Below, in pieces: positions 10,991 through 22,407 of a stretch of DNA of 64,000 bases. The stretch covers positions 94,426,001 through 94,490,000 of the forward strand of contig NC_042998.1 of assembly GCF_006345805.1 (NCBI RefSeq). Reading direction: 5' to 3'. This DNA is from Octopus sinensis (Eukaryota). The notes beneath the pieces are model-generated. The model did not search any database, was not told the DNA's origin, and saw only the letters and a program-made list of their open reading frames with translations. A program made the translations under genes and the position numbers. The stretch's first letter is position 1; each line of letters starts with the position of its first letter.

Positions 10991-12118
10991 TTATTTGGTA
11001 ACCATAAAAAAGGCTTCAAATAAACTTACTTACAAAGTATTTTAGTTTAGAATGATTTCATATTTACCAAAGAACATTCATTTACGTTTTTATAAAGACA
11101 AAAACCCAGATTATTTTCTTCTGATTTTGACACATCCATTTTATGTCATTTCTATGTACCATAAGATATTTTTCAGGAATTATGTTTCAAGAATGACAAG
11201 ATACAGTGGTTGATCAGATAAGGATCAAGATATTAAAGCTGTAAACAGCTAAAAATGTAACTAAAAGAAAAGAGTATCTGAGCCAGTTTAAGAAGCTAAA
11301 CAGGAAAATCTTTTACCAACATGAGTAGAATACTGTTCTTGAACATTCTAGGCTTTTGGGGAATATTTTCTCAACCAGCTATTTAGAAAAAAAAATGAAA
11401 CCAAAAAAATCCTATTTTAACTGAAATATTAAGTCTACTAAGCATTCCTATTATTCTTAGTCCTCCTCTAAAGGGCCTTCATTTTAATATTTGTAAATTG
11501 TCTTCGTTATTTTTGTTGGTGGTGATTATCTCTCAGATAGCTTTGAGTTAAATAAACATGGCTTCTGATTATTGGTATAAGAGACAGCTTCAAATGATCA
11601 TTTTTATACCTTTTTGTTTTTGTGCTTGCCTCTGAAAATGGTTGATAATAAAAATTTTTCTTTCTTTCTCATTCTTTGATCATCAGGATTAAACAATGAG
11701 AAGAGAGTATGAGATATTTGATGGAACATGAGCTCAGTTAAAAACAGATCTGTAGAGAAATCACATAAATTTGCTGTTGGGTAGCAGGTTTCATTAACTG
11801 TCTATTGGATTACACAGCAACTGTGCTCTAATCTGTTGTCAACTAAGTAAAATTTATTGCTTGTGCAGGGAGAAATTGTACCACTATGGTACAATATCAC
11901 TATTCATGTCCTTAGCTTCATTAATATGAGGAACATTGATACTAAACTAGGAAATAAAAATCCCAAATGATTTCATTTGGGGGAAACTTGTTATAAAAGA
12001 AAACCATAATACAAGTTAAAGGGTTGTGGTCCATAACAATATACATAAATGAGTTAGAAGCCTCCCCTGAATTTGAATTCCCTTCATAGGACTTACAATT
12101 TTTCAAGTTCAGTTTTTA

Positions 12119-12554
12119 CCCTTTCAATAGCAACCCAATCTAAAACAACACCTGATTTTTTTTGGTACAAACTTCCTGTTTAACCCTTTATATTCACATT
12201 ACTCTGTCAAAAGTAATGCATATTTTTTTCACTTTGTTTTGAATTAACCATACATTATCTTGTAGTTTAGAAATTTTGGTGATGTACTTGCTTATTTTAA
12301 AAATGACAATGTAGGGTAGGTGTGAGAAGCTGGATCTGGCCAGTTTGGACAAAAAACAGAAAGAATATTTGCGCCAGATATGGCCGGTTTCTATTCTAAA
12401 GGGTTAAAATGATCTAAATTAAAACTTTCATGTTAATTTACGTTTCAAATTCTGTTTTAATGACAGCAAAGTAATTTTATTAAATTGTTCATTATATTAA
12501 AAATTAAATGAAACAACAGCAGTATATTTTAATAGAAATATGGTTACAAAAGGA
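12119..12554 (+). mobile_element. piggyBac-type MITE family B copy interrupted by a family A copy
   Basis: Left part (ccctttcaatagcaacccaatc...acaaacttcctg) and right part (aatgatctaaattaaaactt...acaaaagga) join into the family B sequence seen intact elsewhere. Confidence 0.8.
12184..12403 (-). mobile_element. piggyBac-type MITE family A with TTAA TSD
   Basis: TTAA-CCCTTTA...TAAAGGG-TTAA; TTAA at 12180-12183 and 12404-12407. Confidence 0.88.
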
Positions 12555-13248
12555 TTAAGATTGCAAGAAAGACAATGTCTGGGTGACAACAGCAATAGAT
12601 TGTTTGGTAGCGAGATTAGACAGAAATATGTCAAATTTAAAGAATTATTGTACAAAAATACTTCTATTACCTTTTGATTTTATTGTTGCTGTTACAAGAT
12701 TAGGTGTAGATTTTCCCAAATATATTCTATCAATATATTACAATTGTATCACTTACTGCACCACTTCCACTCTCACCCCATCCTGGGTACTGCGTATCAT
12801 AATTGTTTACCTGTTTCTTTTGCTTTTGTCTCTCTCTCTTCTCAAGAGTAGAGGCAATTTATATTCACTGTAAAGTATTGCATGTCAACAAAATTTAACT
12901 TAAAATTAAGTATTCTGCATTATATATGTGTTATGGGTTATTGCCATCATTTGTAAACATGATCTCATAGCTATATGTTACCAGCAAATTTAGGTGAACA
13001 TTAAGTCAGTGAAAAAGGTGTATAGTTTGTATAAAATGCAAGAACATTGGGTAAAATAAATGAAACAGATGAGCAAATAAAAATTCATGTTCTTTAGAAC
13101 AAATCCCAAATTGGATGTCTTCATGAAAATTTAAATGTTTTTCTTCACAAGAGAGATTGTCTTTCATGCTGGTGAGGTTCTGTTTTGCTAGCATTAAACC
13201 AGCATTTGATGTACTTATTGTAGAATTATTGTAACATTATAGGGGCTT

Positions 13249-13550
13249 GTGAAGGCGCATGGCTCAGTGGTTAGAGCGTCAAGCTTACAATCATGAGGTT
13301 GTGAGTTCGAATCCCAGACCGGGCTGCGTGTTGTGTTCATGTTGCTCCAGGTCACCCAGCTGTAGAAACGAGTTGCGACGTCACAGGTGCCAAGCTGTAT
13401 TGGCCTTTGTGTTTCCCTTGGATAACAGTGATGGTGTGGAGAGGGGAGGCTGGTATGCATGGGTGACTGCTGGTCTTCCATAAACAACCTTGTCCGGACT
13501 TGTGCCTGGGAGGGTAACTTTCTAGGTACAATCCCATTCTAAGTCTCAGC
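13249..13550 (+). mobile_element. tRNA-derived SINE family C with intact Pol III boxes and TSD
   Basis: A box TGGCTCAGTGG (13260-13270), B box GAGTTCGAATC (13303-13313), 10-bp TSD ATAGGGGCTT (13239-13248, 13551-13560). Confidence 0.85.
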
Positions 13551-13654
13551 ATAGGGGCTTCACAACAGCTTGGTTTTAGGTTCAGTCCTACTGCATGGCA
13601 CTTTGGATAAGTGTTTCCTTGTAGTGTTCAATTAAATAATAATAATAAATGATT

Positions 13655-13850
<196 letters not shown>

Positions 13851-14294
13851 AAAATACAAAATGGGACAAGAACGCAAAGCATCCAGATAGACCAGGGGTG
13901 GGCAAACTTTTTTGATCGCAGGCCGCACAGTGCGTCTTTGGAACCTTGGCGGGCCTCATTTATAAAAATCAAGTGAAAATATTTTTCAAGGCGGTTATAG
14001 ACCTATAAACACACAATTGATTGAAAGGAAATTTTGTGAAATATTCCTCTCGGCGGGCTGCATGCGGCCCGCGGGCCGTAGTTTGCCCACCCCTGAGATA
14101 GACGATACAAAAAAACAAGAATGGATCATTCGAAGCTTTCTTTTCTCAGTGAAGAACTAGATCATCCTCGCAATTTCGGCTGATTAATCTTGAGATTGCT
14201 CCAATCTGGCATCGTCTACCTGGATGTTTTGTTGTCCCTTTTTGTATCAACTAGTTGTCCAGATGTTTTGCGTTCTTGTCCCATTTTGTATTTT
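13851..14294. mobile_element. Non-autonomous element with ~35-bp terminal inverted repeats, embedded in (TA)n
   Basis: aaaatacaaaatgggacaagaacgcaaagcatc at the left end is the reverse complement of gatgttttgcgttcttgtcccattttgtatttt at the right end; superfamily not assignable. Confidence 0.7.
13893..14095. mobile_element. hAT (Charlie-like) MITE
   Basis: TIR CAGGGGTGGGCAAAC...GTTTGCCCACCCCTG; perfect 8-bp TSD AGATAGAC (13885-13892, 14096-14103). Confidence 0.92.
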
Positions 14295-14334
14295 ATATAT
14301 GTATATATAGCACCGTATGTACACTTTGTTCTCT

Positions 14335-14370
<36 letters not shown>

Positions 14371-14481
14371 AGGTGTCCCAGAAAGACTTACTCATGTTTA
14401 AAACTATTCCTAAAGAATATCAGTTCAAGTAATAACATTTTACACAAATATTTGCATATGTCTTTTGTTCATGTGTCTGTT

Positions 14482-15285
14482 GTTTCATTCAAGCAATTCA
14501 TAATGGATAATCCCTTCCCAGTCCCACCATATGCACAGCATTGTTTTACACGGATGAAGATCTTCTTTCATGGGCAGTGTTGCTTGTTTACCAGGGCTAA
14601 GCCATTCCTAACGCTGTTTCATATTTAAGTACAGACACCATTTTTCATCGCCAGTAAAGATTCGGTAAAGAAATTGTTGCTTGTGTTCATGAGTCGAGTG
14701 GTGAAGAGCAAGCAAGCGGAGATTGTGGCTCGTTGATTTTTGTTGTTGTCACTTGAAGCATGCGGAACCCATGCTCCATACTTCTGAACCTTTCCCATCG
14801 AGTGAAGATGCTTCTCTATAGCAGTGTAGGAGCATTCCATTTTCTCTGCCAGTTCCATTGTTGTTTGACAAGAATTTTCATGCAAATGTTGGTTTAATCA
14901 CTCTTCATTGAACTCAACTGGACAGCCTGAATGAGGTGCATCTTTGAGGTCAAAATTTCCATTTTTGAACTTGGCATACCAATTATAAGGGGTTATTTCA
15001 GCTATGGCACCCTCTCCATACACAGCACAAATGTCGTGAGCAGCTTCTGCGGCCTTAGAACCTTGATTAGAAGCAAAAAGAAGGAGGTGTCGAAAATGCT
15101 TGTTTTTCTTAACTTGACATTCCATTTTAATAGTCTGAAAATAAACAAAAATCAACTAAAATTAACTGGAAATCAAAAACAAAATAGATTCCCAAATTAT
15201 TAAAAAAAAAGTAGATTCCAAAATTTAAAAACACAATAAATTCCAAAATTTAAAAAAAACGGTGGGAACTTAGTTGCCAACCCAA
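14482..15285 (-). mobile_element. mariner transposon, 3'-truncated and degenerate transposase
   Basis: ORFs 14898-15155 (HTH; NWYAKFKNGNFDLKDAPHSGCP) and 14625-14885 (YGAWVPH); downstream TGDEKW and WWDWEGIIHYELL by hand translation; 5' TIR ttgggttggcaactaagttcc ending at 15285 next to TA. Confidence 0.9.
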
Positions 15286-15358
15286 TATATATATGTATGT
15301 GTGTGTGTGTGTGTGTATGTATATATATATATATGTAAATGTATGTATGTATAGCATT

Positions 15359-15952
15359 CTGTATTTCTTACTTAATATGGATATACTACAAGAAATCCAC
15401 AAACAGCAGTATTAATCTTGAAAAAGATTTTTCATACAGACATATAGTGCTAAAAAGCACAGAAGTATATCAGTAGTAGACAGAAAATGCACAGCAGCAG
15501 TGGTGGAATTGCTAAATCATGATTTCTCTGTCTTTGCATGTCATCAAGATGAATACTGCACTTTTGTGGCTTTTTACAGTAAATCCACATTACGTAAGAC
15601 ACACAGAACACTATTCTGAACTAAAACAGCTTCTGTCATTAATAATGAATTTTTACTCAGTCTGCCAGCTATTTTTGACATCAATGATGTGTTAATCATT
15701 GTTTTCCTATATCAGAACAAACTAAATTTGTCTAAGCATGCAGTTGATGCTGGATACTTGCTACTGATGATGTGCAAGGACACAGAAATCATGGTTCAGC
15801 AAATCCATCATCTCTGCTGGATGGTTTCCATCAGCTATTGATACCCTTCTGTGCTGTTTAGCACTATATATACATCTATAAGAGAAGCTTTCTCAAGGTG
15901 AAAACTGCAGTTTTGTGATTTCCTATATGTCCACAGTAAGTAAGATATACAG
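15359..15952. mobile_element. ~600-bp foldback element with ~200-bp imperfect inverted arms
   Basis: 15359-15560 is a diverged reverse complement of 15750-15952 (tatagtgctaaa.agcacagaag, atcatgatttct.tgtc.ttgca shared). Confidence 0.75.
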
Positions 15953-16015
15953 ACTGTTTTTCTGAAGTTATTTTGCTTGCATTGCTGCATTGATAATAAC
16001 ATACACACACACACA

Positions 16016-16429
16016 CGCAGGAGTGGATGTGTGGTAAGTAGCTTGCTTACCAGCCATATGGTTCCAGGTTCAGTCCCACTGCGTGACACCTTGGGCAAGT
16101 ATCTTCTGCTATAGCCTAGGGCCAACCAAAGCCTTGTGGGTGGATCCAGTAAACGGAAACTGAAAGAAGCCCATCATATGTATGTATGTATATATATATA
16201 TGTATGTGTGTGTATATGTTTGTGCGTCTGTGTTTGTCCCCTCACCATCGCTTGACAACCAATGGTGGTGTGTTTACATCCTTGTAACTTAGCAGTTCAG
16301 CAAAAGAGACTGATAGAATAAGTACTAGGCTTTCAAAGAATAATTCCTGGGGTCGATTTGCTCAACTAAAGGCAGTGCTCCAGCATGGCCACAGTCAAAT
16401 GGCTGAAACAAGTAAAAGAATAAAGAGTA
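16016..16429 (+). mobile_element. SINE family A, full length
   Basis: Same head, body and tail as the 8776 and 21268 copies. Confidence 0.9.
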
Positions 16430-16440
16430 TACATACATAC

Positions 16441-16826
16441 AAAGAGAAACTGTGCACAGTTGTGGAAATTAGCTGCCTAGCAGATGTTAACATAAAGCTG
16501 AATGTCAGTGAAAAAGAGAACACTTATGCTGAACTATTGAGAAATCTGCAATTACTCTATCCAGATTTCAATTTCAGACTTATACCTGTAATTATTGGGG
16601 CCCTGGGATATGTAACAAATTGCCTAAATACCAATCTTGAGAAATTAGGTTTCTCAAAACCAGAAAGGAGAAAGGTAATTCGAAGACTACAGATCCAATC
16701 CATCACAGGAACTGTAAAAATGTGTAAAACTTTCCAGAAGTTTATCATTTAAATATATATGAGCATGTCTAGATATGCAACTGTATGCATGAGAATATAT
16801 ACATAAAACAAAATATACAAATCTAC
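16441..16826 (+). mobile_element. 3' end of a restriction-like-endonuclease (R4/HERO/NeSL-group) non-LTR retrotransposon
   Basis: Open frame EKLCTVVEISCLADVN...KENTYAELL...LIPVIIGALGYV...LEKLGF to the stop at 16752 matches the RLE C-terminus (KxxxYxxL, PVIIGALG); flanked by (CATA)n on both sides. Confidence 0.75.
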
Positions 16827-16874
16827 ACACATACATACATACATACATACATACATACATACATACATACATCA

Positions 16875-17045
16875 AAGTGCTGATGTGACTGTGTGGAAAA
16901 AAGTTTGCTTCCCATCCACATGGTCCTGGATTCAGTCCCACCATGTGTCACCTTGGGCAAGTGTCTTTTTATATAGCCCCAAGCCAACCAATGCCTATGA
17001 GAGAATTTGGTAAACAGAAAGTGAGTGGATGCCCATCATATATCT
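16875..17045 (+). mobile_element. SINE family A head fragment
   Basis: gactgtgtgg...ggattcagtccca...accttgggcaagtgtct. Confidence 0.75.
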
Positions 17046-17047
17046 AT

Positions 17048-17345
17048 ATGAAGAAATAACAAGGAACCAGGAATTGTGGCAAATTGCTGTACATGAGAAG
17101 ACATGTCAAGACAAATAAAATCATTGTCATATGTACATATAGGCTTGTCCTTTACAGGGCGGTGCCACATAGAATTCCCTCGTGTCAGTGCTGTGTAAAT
17201 GCATCCAGCACACTCTGTAAAGTGGTTGATGTTAGGAAGAGCATCCAGAAACCATGCTACAAAAGACAATTGGAGTCTGAACAGCACCTGTCAAACCATC
17301 CAATATGGAAAACAGACATTAAACACTGATGATGATGATGATATC
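17048..17345 (+). mobile_element. RTE LINE 3' end
   Basis: Hand translation EEITRNQELWQIAVHEKTCQDK* parallels EEMTRDRDLWKCAVREKTRQDK* of ORF 54721-55863; ends in (GAT)n. Confidence 0.8.
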
Positions 17346-17571
17346 AACCAGTTTTTCAAAACTCCCAAAAGAAACATACACACTTAAAAATTTTTATGAG
17401 CAGTTATATTTTATACAGTCGTTGGTTACAGCAGGTCAAAAAATTACCATTGGCTTTTGAGTAATAATAAACATGAAATGGCAGTGCCCCAGCATGGCCA
17501 CAGCTTGTGAGCTGAAACTAGATGGAAAAAAAATGAAACCAATGGTAACCAGCGACTACGTAAAGTATATG

Positions 17572-17639
<68 letters not shown>

Positions 17640-17794
17640 GTATGTATTTATGTAATTATGCATGTCATTATTCAGTTTTATTTCAAGATTTCTTGCCAAT
17701 AGAGAAAGAGCCAGTTTCTAATCTGGATCTAAGGCTCCTTCACTGGAATTTCAACAATATCAACAGAGTATTTTTGCATGTATGTATGTATATG

Positions 17795-17972
17795 TGCAAC
17801 TTTGTATATTTTGTTTTATGCCTAGACATGCTCATATATATTTAAATGATAAACTTCTGGTAAGTTTTACACATTTTTACAGTTCCAGTGATGGCTTTGA
17901 TCTGTAGTCTTTGAATCAGCTTTCTCCCTTCTGGTTTTCAGAAACCTAATTTCTCAAGATTGGTACATAGGA
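17795..17972 (-). mobile_element. Second copy of the RLE LINE 3' end, inverted
   Basis: Reverse complement of 16630-16826 with few substitutions and one deletion of about 27 bp; flanked by (TATG)n on both sides. Confidence 0.85.
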
Positions 17973-18149
17973 AGCGTGTTAAATATGTATGTGTGTATGT
18001 ATGTATGTATGTATGTATGTATGTATGTATGTATGTATGTATGTATGTATGTACGTATGCACATGTGCATATGTGTATCTATGTGTGTGAGAGAGAGAGA
18101 GAGTGTGCGTGCATGCATGTGTGTGAGTGAGTAGGTGTATGTTTGTGTC

Positions 18150-18420
18150 TCCAGTTTTAAAACGATTGTTACTGTCATACAGGTGGTGTCATTTATGTCT
18201 GGTATTCTGAGAACATGTCTTGTCATGGGAAAATATTATCTTGCATGAAAATAGGTGAGGGTAGGCAGCAGGAAGAGCCTCTGGCAATAGCAAATCTACC
18301 TCAATGCATTCCATTTGACCCATGCAGGTATGGGAAAAGAGGACATGAAAATGATAATGGTGGTGGTGGTGGTGGTGGTGGTGGTGGTGATAATGATGAT
18401 GATGATGATGCTGATGATGA
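18150..18420 (+). mobile_element. SINE body with RTE-type 3' tail
   Basis: Related to 59320-59540; ends gacccatgcaggtatgggaaaagaggac...(GGT)n(GAT)n. Confidence 0.65.
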
Positions 18421-18467
18421 CATCAAAGTACATTTGAAGATGGTGAAAAGAATTCTTTGCAAACATA

Positions 18468-18861
18468 TTCTTTTATTCTTTTACTTGTTTCAGTCATGTG
18501 ACTGTGGCCATGCTGGAGCACTGCCATTAGTCGAACAAATCAACCCCAGAACTTATTCTTTGTAAGCTTAGTACTTATTCAATTGTTTTTTTTTTTGCTG
18601 AACTGCCAAGTTACGGGGATGTAAATACACCAACATCAGTTGTCAAGCGATGGTGGGGTGGGGTGGGGGGCAAACACAGACACACACACACATATATACA
18701 ATGGGCTTCTTTCAGTTTTCGTCTACCAAATCCATTCACAAGGCTTTGGTTGGTCCAAGGCTATAGTAGAAGACACTTGGCCAAGGTGCCACGCAGTGAA
18801 ACTGAACTTGGAACCATGTGGTTGGAAGCAAGCTTCTTACCAGGCAACCACACCTGTGCCT
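18468..18861 (-). mobile_element. SINE family A, full length
   Basis: Reverse complement of family A. Confidence 0.88.
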
Positions 18862-19041
18862 ATGATAGAGAATAATTAATATTTTAAATGAATTTTAATT
18901 TTCACTTGATTTTTGTTTTTTTATAACAAGTTCTAGTTTTGAAGAAGGAAAGAATGGGCAAACAACTATGTTGTACACACAGAAAGGAAAAAAAGAAAAG
19001 GAAATGATATGGTGAGTGGATGATACACCAGTACTGTGTCA

Positions 19042-19262
19042 CCTTTTGATACTAACCCACCCGAGTCCATCCCCTAGTAAATATGATAAAAACTTCCCAT
19101 TTTAAAGTGCTTTAAATTAAAACCTTCCATCAAAATTTTATGTCAATTTATATTCCAGACACCAGTATAATAATGATAGTTATTTTGCTAAATTCTTTGT
19201 TATTCTCAAAATTAATTGAAACAAAGGTAAAATGTTTCAATTGAAATATGTTAACAAAAGGG
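19042..19262 (+). mobile_element. piggyBac-type MITE family B
   Basis: ccttttgatactaacccacc...aacaaaagggTTAA. Confidence 0.75.
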
Positions 19263-19998
19263 TTAATAAAAGCAAAGAAATAAACCTCATTTTGAATCAG
19301 GAATCAATTGTATGAAGTTGTTTGTCACCATTATTGCATATGATCAGCCTTTGGCTATGTTGGTGGTTGAAGATGGTATCTTGCTATGTGTTAGAATATA
19401 TCTAATGCATATGAGATGTTGGTTTTGTTCCAATCAAACAGAACAACACCAACATGAAAGATAACATCTCTGGCGAAGAAATATATTTAAATTTTGCTGA
19501 ATGGGTTCAGTTTTTTACACTAAGGAATAAGTATTTCTGAGTTCTCATCTATTCCATTTATCCTGTTTACCTATATTTTTTGTCAATTATTGATGACTCT
19601 AAAAAATTTAAAATGGAGGATAACTCAAATAAAGCTATTAAAAAAAAATGTCTATAATGAAAAGAAAAATATTTTATGCTAATGATAATTCTTGTCATCA
19701 AAAAGTAAGGGAGACAATTCCAAAATCAAAATTGACCTAAAATTAAGTAGAAGTATGCAGTGGTTTGTGAGTCTGATCTTTAGCATATACATTAACACCG
19801 CTGGACATCTTTCAGTTTTACTGGCCCTTCTTGGTGAATCATTATTTTCCTTGTATTAACTAAATATTAGAATAACTGAAAGAATAAACATTTTGAGTAA
19901 AAAATATTGCTTAAGCAATTTAAAACAAAATTGATTTAAGGAATTTCTAAAGGATGCTTTCTACATATAATTGAGAGCTAATATGTTAAACTATTTAA

Positions 19999-20200
19999 CT
20001 ATATTTGTATTTAAATACATTACCTTTGTTTAATTTTGAAACTAATGAAAAATTTTGTAGAATAATTCTGTTAATATTAAGCTGGTGTTTGGATTATAAA
20101 TCAACATGAAATTTGGATAGAATATTTTGAGATCACTTTAAAACAGAAAGTTTGTATCATAGAACCAAGGGCCATGTCAGGAGGGTTGATATTAAAAAGG
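19999..20200 (-). mobile_element. piggyBac-type MITE family B
   Basis: TTAA-flanked reverse-complement copy (aagctggtgtttgga, gatcactttaaaacagaaagtttgtatcatagaacc). Confidence 0.75.
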
Positions 20201-20997
20201 TTAATACCATGAATCAAAAAATAAATAAAGCCAGAAAAAATTCAAATGTTTCTAACTTAAATTGACTAATGAAATAAATAAATAAATAAATAAAACCCTA
20301 TGTTGTACAGATATATATATCAAAAGACTTTTTGACATTAGTATTAAATATTATATGTATAAAGAATTCACCATGTTGATTCACATATCTATATAATGGT
20401 ACTTTTGAGAGAAAGAAGAGTAAAACACATAAAAAAAAAAGAGAGATGAAATAATTTCAATGTTTTTACTCCCGTATATGAAAACGAATGAACCAATAAT
20501 TAAACTGCTTATACAGAGAAAAACAAATGTGTCAACCACTACAGTGAGAAGTTTATATTCACACAATGTTGTTTGTAGTGTGCTGTGTTCACAGATGTTG
20601 GCCCAGAAACAACACAAGTAACTCACTTGCCTCTTTAGAATTTACACACATACACGCACGCACACACACACACACACATACAAGTTGTGTGATTGACACT
20701 AGAAAGATAAGGCTAATGATGGAAATTTCTGTAACATTCTGGAATTAAAACTTGAATTAACTGCTTTTGCTTTGGCACAAAATGAATTGGATTTATTCAG
20801 GATTGTTTCTACCTATTTCTAAAACTATGAGTGACTATATTTTCTTTTACTTCCTTCTTTCCCTCTCTATCTCTTTCTTCTTGATTTAAAATGAAGACAA
20901 TTACTTGACTATCTACCATTCCATTTCTCCATACTGAAGATGTACAATATAGAGAAATTGGTTTGTTCATGGATATGGAACTAGTAGCAAGTATTAA

Positions 20998-21211
20998 CCC
21001 TTTTATTATATTTCTCTTAAAATACACAACCTTTGTTTCAATTACTTTTGAAATAATAAGGAATTCAGTAAATGACTGTCATTATTAAGCTGGTGTTTAG
21101 AACATACATTAACATGAAATTTTGATGAAAGGTTAATTCGGATCACTTTAAATGAAAAGATTTTTCATCAAAGAACCAACAGCAGTCTCAGGTGGGTTAA
21201 GATCAAAAGAG
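20998..21211 (-). mobile_element. piggyBac-type MITE family B
   Basis: TTAAccctttt...gatcaaaagag; same internal motifs as the other B copies. Confidence 0.75.
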
Positions 21212-21267
21212 TCAAATAGATAAATGATATATCTTCAGTCACATACTTATATTAATAAAAAAAAAAT

Positions 21268-21660
21268 AGGAGCAGAAGTGGCTGTGTGGTAAGTAGCTTG
21301 CTTACCAACCACATGGTTCCGGGTTCAGTTCCACTGCATGGCACCTTGGGCAAGTATCTTCTACTATAGCCTCAGGCCAACCAAAGCCTTGTGAATGGAT
21401 TTGGTAGACGGAAACTGAAAGAAGCACGTCGTATATATGTATATGTATATATATATGTATGTGTTTGTCCCCCCCAACATCGCTTGACAACTGATACTGG
21501 TGTGTTTACATCCCCATAACTTAGCAGTTCGGCAAAAGAGTCCGATAGAATAAGTACTAGGCTTACAAAGAATAAGTCCTGGGGTCGATTTGCTCTACTA
21601 AATGTGGTGCTCCAGCATGGCCGCAGTCAAATGACTGAAACAAGTAAAAGAGTAAAGAGT
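21268..21660 (+). mobile_element. SINE family A, full length
   Basis: Least decayed family A copy; complete head, body and AAGAGT tail. Confidence 0.92.
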
Positions 21661-22192
21661 AACATACTTCCCCTCATTATCTGAAAAAAATGAATGAATC
21701 AAGAATTAAACTCCCAATAAAGGTGTCAATCACTACAGTGAGAGATTTTCTTTTGCACAATGTTGTTTGTGGTATGGTGTACTCACAGATGTTAATTCAG
21801 AAATTACATGGAAAAACCACATATATGTAACCTGAGTGCCATTTTGGAATGTACGTTCACATGGAGTGAGGCTGGCACTAGAAAGACAAAGGCTAATGAT
21901 GGAAAACATTTACAATGCATTTGAAGAGAATACTTAATTGTAAGTAAATTTTAATTTATACTCTTTGATTTCACTAAGGATAAATTACTTCTATGCCTGA
22001 AGGGAGAAAAATAAAAGAGGAACCCAATTATCTTACCTGACCATCAGAAAGGAAAGAAAAAAAATATATTAGGAAGCGCTAAGGTAATCTGCTATGTTAA
22101 TGATACAACTTCGTTAATGATAGGAGATAAATAAATTTCATTCAGAATCAGGGACTATGATCTAAATATAGGATGTTGATTGTCATGATCAT

Positions 22193-22407
22193 TGGTTTCA
22201 AATTTTGGCACAAGGCCAGCAAGTTCAGGGGTGGGAACTAGTCAATTATATCGACACCAGCGCTCAACAGGTACTTATTTTATTGATCCCAAAAGGTTGA
22301 AAGGCAAAGTCGACCTCAATGAAATTTGAACTTACAATGTAAAGTTGGATGAAATACCGCTATGCATTTTGTCTGGTAGGCTAACAATTCTGCCTGCATA
22401 CTGCCTT
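22193..22407 (-). mobile_element. SINE family B, near full length
   Basis: Contains gatcccaaaaggttgaaaggcaaagtcgacctc (reverse of the gaggtcgactttgcctttcatcctt block); degenerate TSD ttgtcatgatcattgg / ttgtcataattattgg. Confidence 0.82.

Noticed and set aside
13254-13325. tRNA gene
   Set aside because: A and B boxes are present but there is no closing acceptor stem or poly-T terminator; the sequence continues as a 300-bp body bounded by a TSD, so it is a SINE.
16375-16752. 125-aa ORF as a host gene
   Set aside because: The N-terminus is SINE A tail read in frame; the remainder is a retrotransposon RLE domain.
20381-20626. Hydrophobic 81-aa ORF overlapping duplicated block B as a membrane-protein exon
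   Set aside because: The paralogous block has stops nearby, there are no convincing splice sites, and hydrophobicity is expected from T-rich DNA.
22030-22100. Minus-strand exon ending in CAG|GTAAG near 22038
   Set aside because: It has a strong donor-like motif but no credible acceptor or reading frame; it cannot be supported without RNA data.
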